Shown: in pieces, positions 18,503-24,000 of the stretch
Layout of the letters: each line of letters starts with the position of its first letter
Position numbering within the stretch: position 1 is the first letter of the stretch
Origin: an uncultured Actinomycetota bacterium
GTDB taxonomy: Bacteria; Actinomycetota; Actinomycetes; Mycobacteriales; Jatrophihabitantaceae
Reading direction: 5' to 3'
Assembly: GCA_963790525.1 (NCBI GenBank)
Contig: CAWBOV010000003.1
Coordinates: forward strand, 21,279 to 45,278
Length of the DNA stretch: 24,000 nucleotides
The notes under the pieces: generated by a model
What the model was told of the DNA's origin: nothing
What the model saw: the letters and a program-made list of their open reading frames with translations, nothing else
Databases searched by the model: none
Position numbers and translations under genes: made by a program

Positions 18503-19591
18503 TCAGACGGGCGGAGCGCATCCGCAGCTGCGGCGAACCACGAGTTCGCTGTTCTCGATCTGCACGACCGGCCCGCCTGAGGGTTGTTCGACGGCGTCGA
18601 TGAGCAGGTCCGCCGCGGTCGCGCCCATCTGCTGCATGGGGTGGTTCACGGTGGTCAGTGCCGGTTCGATGGCCTCCGCGGCCTGAAGGTTGTCGAACCC
18701 GGTGACGGCCAGGTCGCCGGGAACCGCCAACCCGGCCGCGGTCGCGGCGGCGACGGCATAGGCGGCATGGAGGTCCGATGCGCACACGAAGGCGTCCGGG
18801 ACTCCCCGGGCGATCGACTGCCGGAAGGCGTCCAGGGTCTCGTGTGCATGCCATACCGCCCCGAACCCACCCTCCGGGCTCGCGGGTGGTGTCGCGCCGG
18901 CGGCGCGGAGCGCGTCGCTGAACCCCTCGAAACGGACGTCGTAGTCGACCGATCCGGACCCGATGAAGCGCAGATCGCGGTAGCCGTGGACCTCCAGCAG
19001 GTGATGCGTCAGCCGCGACATCCCCTCCCGGTTGTCCGTCCCTACCTGCCACTCCTGTCGGCGCTCGGCCTCGACCTCTGCGATCGCCACCACCGGGCGA
19101 TAGGTGGCGATCGTCTCGCGGATCTTCGTCGCCATGGAGTTGGGCATCACGGCGATCGCGTCCACCCGCGAGGCGAGGTCGCGTACCCGTTCCTCCTCGT
19201 CGCCGAGACCGTTGCCCAGAACCAGGATCGAATAGCCCCGCGCCCACGCCCGCCTCGTGAAGCCGCGTTCGACCTCGTCGATGAACAGCGGCCAGTCCCA
19301 GCACCGGGACAGGCCGTGCGCGGCGGCTGTCGAGTGGCTGAACTCGGTGTAGTCGTAGGTCCAGAATCCCAGTACCCCGGTGCGCCCCAACGCGAGGTCC
19401 CGGGCGGCACCCCGAGGGACGTAGTGCAACTCGCGGGCAGCCTGGAGGATCCGTTCCCGCGTCGCCGGAGCCACGCGTCCCGGCTTGGAGAAGGCGAACG
19501 ACACCGTCGCGATCGAGACGCCCGCCCGCTCCGCGACCGTGTAGATCGTCGGCTGCGTGGACCGGGACGTGTCCTCTGGCGGTTCGCTCAC
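18503..19591 (-). CDS. LacI-family transcriptional regulator
   Basis: The N-terminal HTH is TIYTVAERAGVSIATVSFAFSKPGRVAPATRERILQAARELHYVP, followed by a periplasmic-binding-protein-like sugar-binding core. I favour GTG 19591 (VSEPPEDTSRSTQPTIYTV). The upstream in-frame ATG 19645 and TTG 19648 would place the operator palindromes inside the CDS. Confidence 0.85.
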   Translation of the reverse strand: MSEPPEDTSRSTQPTIYTVAERAGVSIATVSFAFSKPGRVAPATRERILQAARELHYVPRGAARDLALGRTGVLGFWTYDYTEFSHSTAAAHGLSRCWDWPLFIDEVERGFTRRAWARGYSILVLGNGLGDEEERVRDLASRVDAIAVMPNSMATKIRETIATYRPVVAIAEVEAERRQEWQVGTDNREGMSRLTHHLLEVHGYRDLRFIGSGSVDYDVRFEGFSDALRAAGATPPASPEGGFGAVWHAHETLDAFRQSIARGVPDAFVCASDLHAAYAVAAATAAGLAVPGDLAVTGFDNLQAAEAIEPALTTVNHPMQQMGATAADLLIDAVEQPSGGPVVQIENSELVVRRSCGCAPPV

Positions 19592-19621
19592 CAAGCCACC
19601 ATAACTTGCGGAGAGTGCGTC

Positions 19622-19686
19622 TAAGCGCTTAAATGCTCCCAGCATCAAAGCGCTTAACAGGAAGCGCGCCCGGTTATGTGCGCGCT
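19622..19686. promoter_or_regulatory. Two LacI-type operator palindromes plus a GC-rich inverted repeat in the lacI / giant-ORF divergent region
   Basis: TAAGCGCTTA (19622-19631) is a perfect 10-bp palindrome. AAGCGCTT (19648-19655) is a perfect 8-bp palindrome, 25 bp centre to centre from the first. AGCGCGC-N10-GCGCGCT spans 19663-19686. The AANCGNTT core is the classic LacI/GalR half-site pair. Confidence 0.5.
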
Positions 19687-19714
19687 CGGATCAGCCGACG
19701 AGTGAGGAAGAACC

Positions 19715-22700
19715 ATGCGAGCGAGCACCTGGCACGATGCTGTCGAGGCATCCGCGATGGCCGGTCGGCCATCGCGATTCTCGTGGCACCCGGGGCTACG
19801 TTCCGCTCGGCGACGTCGCCTGGCCATGGTGACGATCCTCGGGCTGCTCGCCGGCATGCTGGTCGGCGGTTCGAACGCGATCGTCGGGCACGTGGCCACC
19901 GCGAGCGCGGCGACGACGCCGAGTTGCGTCAACACGCTGTACTCGGTCGACTGGTTCACGGGCACTGTCAACCAGATCGCGCTTCCGAACGGCAGCGCGA
20001 GCGGCGCCGCCGTGAGTTCTGTGGTCGGCGACCTCGGCGTGGACGAGCCCTTCGCCCGCTACAACGCACTGGCGCTCACGACGGACGGCACGACCCTGTT
20101 CGCCGCGGACCAGTCCTCGGGTACCGGTGACTACATCTACCGCATGGATGTGGCGACGGGGACCGTGACGGCGTACCCCAACGCGCAGTCCGGCATCGTG
20201 GGGTCGCTCATCGGTGGCGCGATCGATCCCGTGAACGGGCTGTACTACCTGCTCACCTTCGGCACGACGCCCACCCTCTACGCCTTCGACACCACCACGA
20301 ACACGTGGATCGGCAAGGTCGGGTCGTTCCCCGGGACAGCGGCAGGGATGAATGGTCAGAACATCTCCGACATCGCGTTCGACGCCAACGGAACGATGTT
20401 CTTCACCGCCAACACGACGTCCAACGGCCACTCGCTCTACCGCGTGAGCGGCCCGGTCCCCGCCACGGCAGGATCGGCGACGCTCACGCCGGCGCTGGTG
20501 TCGGCCGATCTGTTGCCGAACGACAACGAGATCGGCTCGTTGGCCTTCGGATCGACGGGTGACCTGTACCTCGGCCAGATCGCATCACCCCAGATACAAG
20601 AGCTGAACCCTGCGAACGGCGCGGTGGTCTCACAGTCCAGTGGTACCCCGATCCCCGGTAATCCGTCCGACTTCGCCTCCTGCGCGCAACCGTCGACCTT
20701 GACCGTGGTCAAGGACGTCGTGAACCGGACGAACAGCTCCGACGAATTCACCCTGGGCATCGGCGGCCTGGACACCCCCGCAACAGCCACCACGACCGGC
20801 ACGGCGACCGGCCTGCAGAGCGCCGCCGCCGGCCCGGTCGTCGTGAGCCCGGGCGTCGCCTACCCCGTCTCGGAATCCGGCGCGGGAAGCACCGACCTCA
20901 GCACGTATTCGGCGAGCTACCAGTGCGTCGATTCCGACAACAACGTGCTGGCATCCGGTGCGGCCACGTCGTTCGACTACACGGCGCCACCACCGGTCGA
21001 CGGGCACGGTGTCGCGGCAACCTGCACCTTCACGAATACGCCGCTCCCGCGCAGTTACACGGTGAAGAAGACCTCGTCGGCCGCGACCGCCCTTCCCGGT
21101 GACGTCGTCACCTATTCGGTGAAGGTGACCAACACGGGCCCGGTCGCCTACACCGCGGCCGACCCGGCGTCGTTCACCGACGACCTGTCCGCCGTCCTCG
21201 ACGACGCGACCTACAACGGCGACGCGTCCGGCGGCGCGACCGTCTCGGGATCCACCCTGTCGTGGTCGGGCGCTCTGGGCGTCGGCCAGACGATCACAGT
21301 CACGTACTCGGTGACGGTCAAGGACCCTGATACGGGCAACCGGACGTTGACCAACACGGTCACGCCGACCGGTCCAGGCGGCTCCTGCGTCTCCACCGCG
21401 GATTGCACCACCACGACCACCGTCCCCGGCCCCACCTACACGGTCGCCAAGAGCGCGTCGGCGAATACGGCGCAGCCCGGCGATGTCGTCACTTACTCGG
21501 TGGCGGTGAAGAACACCGGTCAGGTGGCCTACACGGCGGCCGACCCTGCGTCGTTCACCGACGACCTGTCCGCCGTCCTCGACGACGCGACCTACAACGG
21601 CGACGCCAGCAACGGGGCGACGGTCAGCGGCACCACCCTGTCCTGGTCGGGCGCCCTCGCCGTCGGGCAGACGGTGACCGTCACCTACTCGGTCACCGTG
21701 AAGAACCCCGATACCGGCGACAGGACGCTGACCAACGCCGTGGTGCCGACCGGGCCGGGCGGCACGTGCGCGACCCCGGGCGGCTGCACCACCACGACGA
21801 CCGTGCCGACGACCGGTTACACGGTCGCCAAGTCCGCCTCGGTCACCTCGGCGCAGCCCGGGGCCACGGTGACCTACACCGTGGCGGTCACCAACACCGG
21901 CCAGACCGCCTACACCGCCGCGAAGCCCGCCTCGTTCACCGACGACCTGTCCGCCGTCCTGGACGACGCCACCTACAACGGCGACGCCACCAACGGCGCC
22001 ACGGTCAGCGGGAACACGCTGTCCTGGTCGGGCGCCCTCGCGGTCGGGGCCACGGTGACAATCACCTACTCGGTCACCGTGAACGATCCCGATACCGGCG
22101 ACCACACCCTGACGAACGTGGTGGTGCCGACCGGCCCCGGCGGCTCCTGCGCCACGCCCGCCGGCTGCACCACGACCACCCCCGTGGCCTCGTTCACGGT
22201 CGCCAAGACCGCCTCCGCTGCCAGCGTCCTGCCCGGCGGAACCCTCACCTACTCGGTCGCCGTGAAGAACACCGGCGAGGTCGCCTACACCGGAGCGAAC
22301 CCGGCCTCGTTCACCGACGACCTGTCCGCCGTCCTGGACGACGCCACCTACAACGGCGACGCCGACCATGGCGCCACCGTCACCGGCCACACGCTGTCCT
22401 GGTCCGGCGCCCTCGCGGTCGGGGGAACGGTGACGATCACGTACTCGGTCACGGTCGCCAGCCCCGACACCGGCGATCATCTGCTGACGAACGCCGTGGT
22501 GCCGACGGGCCCGGGTGGCGGCTGTGTCAGCGCGGCCGGCTGCACGACCACCACCCCGGTCGCGTCGTACACCGTCGCGAAGACGGCCTCGGTGAACTCG
22601 GCGATGCCCGGCGACACCGTCACCTACACCGTGACCGCCGTGAACACCGGCCAGGTCGCCTACACGCAGGCCACTCCGGCGACCTTCACCGACGACCTCT

Positions 22701-24000
22701 CGGCGGTGCTGGACGACGCCACCTACAACGGCGACGCCACCAACGGGGCGACGGTCACCGGCAGCACGCTGTCCTGGTCCGGCGCCCTCCCCGTCGGCGG
22801 GACCGTGACGGTCACCTACTCGGTCACCGTGAAGAACCCGGACACCGGCAATCACCTGCTCACGAACGCCGTCGTGCCGACCGGCCCCGGCGGCGGCTGC
22901 GCCACCGCGGGCGGCTGCACGACCACCACGCCCGTCGGGTCGCTGCACGTCGTGAAGTCCACGACGGCGACCCAGGTACTGCCCGGCGCGACGGTGCCCT
23001 ACTCCGTCACCGTCACCAACACCGGCCAGGTCCCGTACACAGCGGCCCATCCGGCCTCGTTCACCGATGATCTGTCCTCTGTCCTGGACGACGCCACCTA
23101 CAACGGTGACGCGGCCAGCTCCAGCGGGCAGGGCGTGACCTACAGCGCTCCGGTGCTGTCCTGGTCGGGTGCCCTCGCGGTCGGGGCCACCGTCACGGTC
23201 ACCTACTCGGTGACCGTGAGCAGCCCGGACACCGGTGACCACCAACTCGAGAACGCGGTCGTCACGCCGCCCGGCGCAGGCGGCAACTGCCCGGCCGGCT
23301 CGACCGACCCCGACTGCGTCGTCAACGTCCCTTCAGGTTCGTTCACGGTCAGCAAGACGGCATCGGCGACCACCGCGAAGCCGGGCGACACCGTCACCTA
23401 CACGGTCACGGCCCACAACTCCGGCAACATCGCCTACACGGCGCAGAACCCGGCGTCCTTCACCGACGACCTGTCGGCGGTGCTGGACGACGCGACCTAC
23501 AACGGTGATGCCACCGCAGGCGCGACCGTCGCCGGTGACACCCTGTCGTGGTCGGGTCCGCTCCCCGCCGGGGGCACTGTCACCGTCACCTACTCGGTGA
23601 CCGTGCACGACCCGGACACCGGGGACCACGTCCTCACCAATGCGGTCGTGCCCACCGCGCCGGGCGGCGGGTGCGCCACCGAGGGCGGCTGCACCACCAC
23701 GACCCCGGTGTCCGGGTACACGGTCGCCAAGAGCGTGGACACGGTCGTCGCCCAGTCCGGGCAGAAAGTGACCTACACGGTCAGCGTCACGAACATCGGC
23801 CAGGTCGCCTACACGGCAGCTCACCCTGCGTCGTTCACCGACGATCTGTCGAAGGTGCTCGACGACGCCACCTACAACGGCGACGCCACCGCGGGAGCCA
23901 CGGTCACCGGCAGCACGCTGTCGTGGTCGGGCCCGCTCGCGGTCGGCGCGACGGTGCACGTGCGCTACTCGGTGACGGTGAAGACCCCGGACACCGGTGA
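19715..24000 (+). CDS. Very large secreted/surface repeat protein (>1428 aa, 3' end outside the window). It has a signal peptide, a beta-propeller-like region, a prealbumin/Cna-B-like domain and at least 8 tandem DUF11-like (TIGR01451-like) domains
   Basis: The ORF is absent from the supplied track. In my manual translation the frame starting at 19715 has no stop through 24000. RBS GAGGAAG at 19704-19710 precedes the ATG; ATG 19757 is an alternative start. The N-terminus ...RSARRRRLAMVTILGLLAGMLVGGSNAIVGHVATASA is signal-peptide-like. GC3 is strongly elevated in this frame only. Confidence 0.85.
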   Translation, partial: MRASTWHDAVEASAMAGRPSRFSWHPGLRSARRRRLAMVTILGLLAGMLVGGSNAIVGHVATASAATTPSCVNTLYSVDWFTGTVNQIALPNGSASGAAVSSVVGDLGVDEPFARYNALALTTDGTTLFAADQSSGTGDYIYRMDVATGTVTAYPNAQSGIVGSLIGGAIDPVNGLYYLLTFGTTPTLYAFDTTTNTWIGKVGSFPGTAAGMNGQNISDIAFDANGTMFFTANTTSNGHSLYRVSGPVPATAGSATLTPALVSADLLPNDNEIGSLAFGSTGDLYLGQIASPQIQELNPANGAVVSQSSGTPIPGNPSDFASCAQPSTLTVVKDVVNRTNSSDEFTLGIGGLDTPATATTTGTATGLQSAAAGPVVVSPGVAYPVSESGAGSTDLSTYSASYQCVDSDNNVLASGAATSFDYTAPPPVDGHGVAATCTFTNTPLPRSYTVKKTSSAATALPGDVVTYSVKVTNTGPVAYTAADPASFTDDLSAVLDDATYNGDASGGATVSGSTLSWSGALGVGQTITVTYSVTVKDPDTGNRTLTNTVTPTGPGGSCVSTADCTTTTTVPGPTYTVAKSASANTAQPGDVVTYSVAVKNTGQVAYTAADPASFTDDLSAVLDDATYNGDASNGATVSGTTLSWSGALAVGQTVTVTYSVTVKNPDTGDRTLTNAVVPTGPGGTCATPGGCTTTTTVPTTGYTVAKSASVTSAQPGATVTYTVAVTNTGQTAYTAAKPASFTDDLSAVLDDATYNGDATNGATVSGNTLSWSGALAVGATVTITYSVTVNDPDTGDHTLTNVVVPTGPGGSCATPAGCTTTTPVASFTVAKTASAASVLPGGTLTYSVAVKNTGEVAYTGANPASFTDDLSAVLDDATYNGDADHGATVTGHTLSWSGALAVGGTVTITYSVTVASPDTGDHLLTNAVVPTGPGGGCVSAAGCTTTTPVASYTVAKTASVNSAMPGDTVTYTVTAVNTGQVAYTQATPATFTDDLSAVLDDATYNGDATNGATVTGSTLSWSGALPVGGTVTVTYSVTVKNPDTGNHLLTNAVVPTGPGGGCATAGGCTTTTPVGSLHVVKSTTATQVLPGATVPYSVTVTNTGQVPYTAAHPASFTDDLSSVLDDATYNGDAASSSGQGVTYSAPVLSWSGALAVGATVTVTYSVTVSSPDTGDHQLENAVVTPPGAGGNCPAGSTDPDCVVNVPSGSFTVSKTASATTAKPGDTVTYTVTAHNSGNIAYTAQNPASFTDDLSAVLDDATYNGDATAGATVAGDTLSWSGPLPAGGTVTVTYSVTVHDPDTGDHVLTNAVVPTAPGGGCATEGGCTTTTPVSGYTVAKSVDTVVAQSGQKVTYTVSVTNIGQVAYTAAHPASFTDDLSKVLDDATYNGDATAGATVTGSTLSWSGPLAVGATVHVRYSVTVKTPDTG
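21056..24000 (+). repeat. In-frame tandem coding repeats, 8 copies (the last truncated by the window edge), unit 375-399 nt
   Basis: Unit starts ([YFL][TH]V.K) are at 21056, 21437, 21818, 22193, 22568, 22943, 23342 and 23717, giving periods of 381, 381, 375, 375, 375, 399 and 375 nt. A 59-nt run (21167-21225) is identical at 21548-21606. Conserved peptide blocks are PASFTDDLSAVLDDATYNGDA, LSWSGAL.VG.TVTVTYSVTV, PDTGD and GPGG.C....GCTTTT. Confidence 0.95.

Noticed and set aside
20630-23245. 871-aa minus-strand ORF, and the 555-aa + strand ORF at 21403..23070, across the repeat region
   Set aside because: These are shadow ORFs of the real + strand gene starting at 19715. Their products are Arg/Gly/Asp/Val low-complexity strings with no domain logic. 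GC3 is highest in the unlisted frame, which yields coherent repeated Ig-like domains.
21056-24000. CRISPR array or non-coding satellite
   Set aside because: Repeat units are 375-399 nt, contiguous with no spacers, all multiples of 3, and lie in one open frame with conserved protein motifs. They are coding domain repeats.

Overview
High-GC, actinobacterial-type chromosomal segment, with no rRNA, tRNA, CRISPR or mobile-element signatures that I could see. (1) 0.28-15.2 kb is a complete locus for a group 1h/5 (actinobacterial, high-affinity, O2-insensitive) [NiFe]-hydrogenase. The order is marR, hypA, hypB, hhyS, hhyL, hhyE-like NifU/Rieske gene, three conserved genes of unknown function, a tiny membrane ORF, maturation endopeptidase, hypC, hypF, hypC, hypD, hypE and a conserved unknown ORF. 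Most junctions are 4-nt stop/start overlaps. (2) Manual frame tracing shows about 16-17 single-nucleotide indels, mostly +1 insertions, confined to 5.77-11.55 kb. They break hhyE, the three unknown genes and hypF (8 sites), and probably removed the stop of the first hypC. hypA/B, hhyS/L, the endopeptidase and hypC/D/E stay intact. Several long ORFs in the supplied track are therefore chimeras of neighbouring genes. (3) 15.2-19.6 kb holds a SAM methyltransferase and a ClC channel with CBS domains on the minus strand. It also holds a divergent MarR regulator with a palindrome-rich AT-rich control region, and a LacI-family regulator. (4) The longest ORF in the window is absent from the supplied track. 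It runs on the + strand from 19715 past 24000 (>1428 codons) and encodes a secreted protein. It has a beta-propeller-like N-terminal region, a prealbumin/Cna-B-like domain and at least 8 tandem 125-133 aa DUF11-like repeats. The gene lies divergent to lacI across a region with two AAGCGCTT palindromes. Family names (DUF numbers, hhy symbols) come from memory and motif reading only; no database search was possible.
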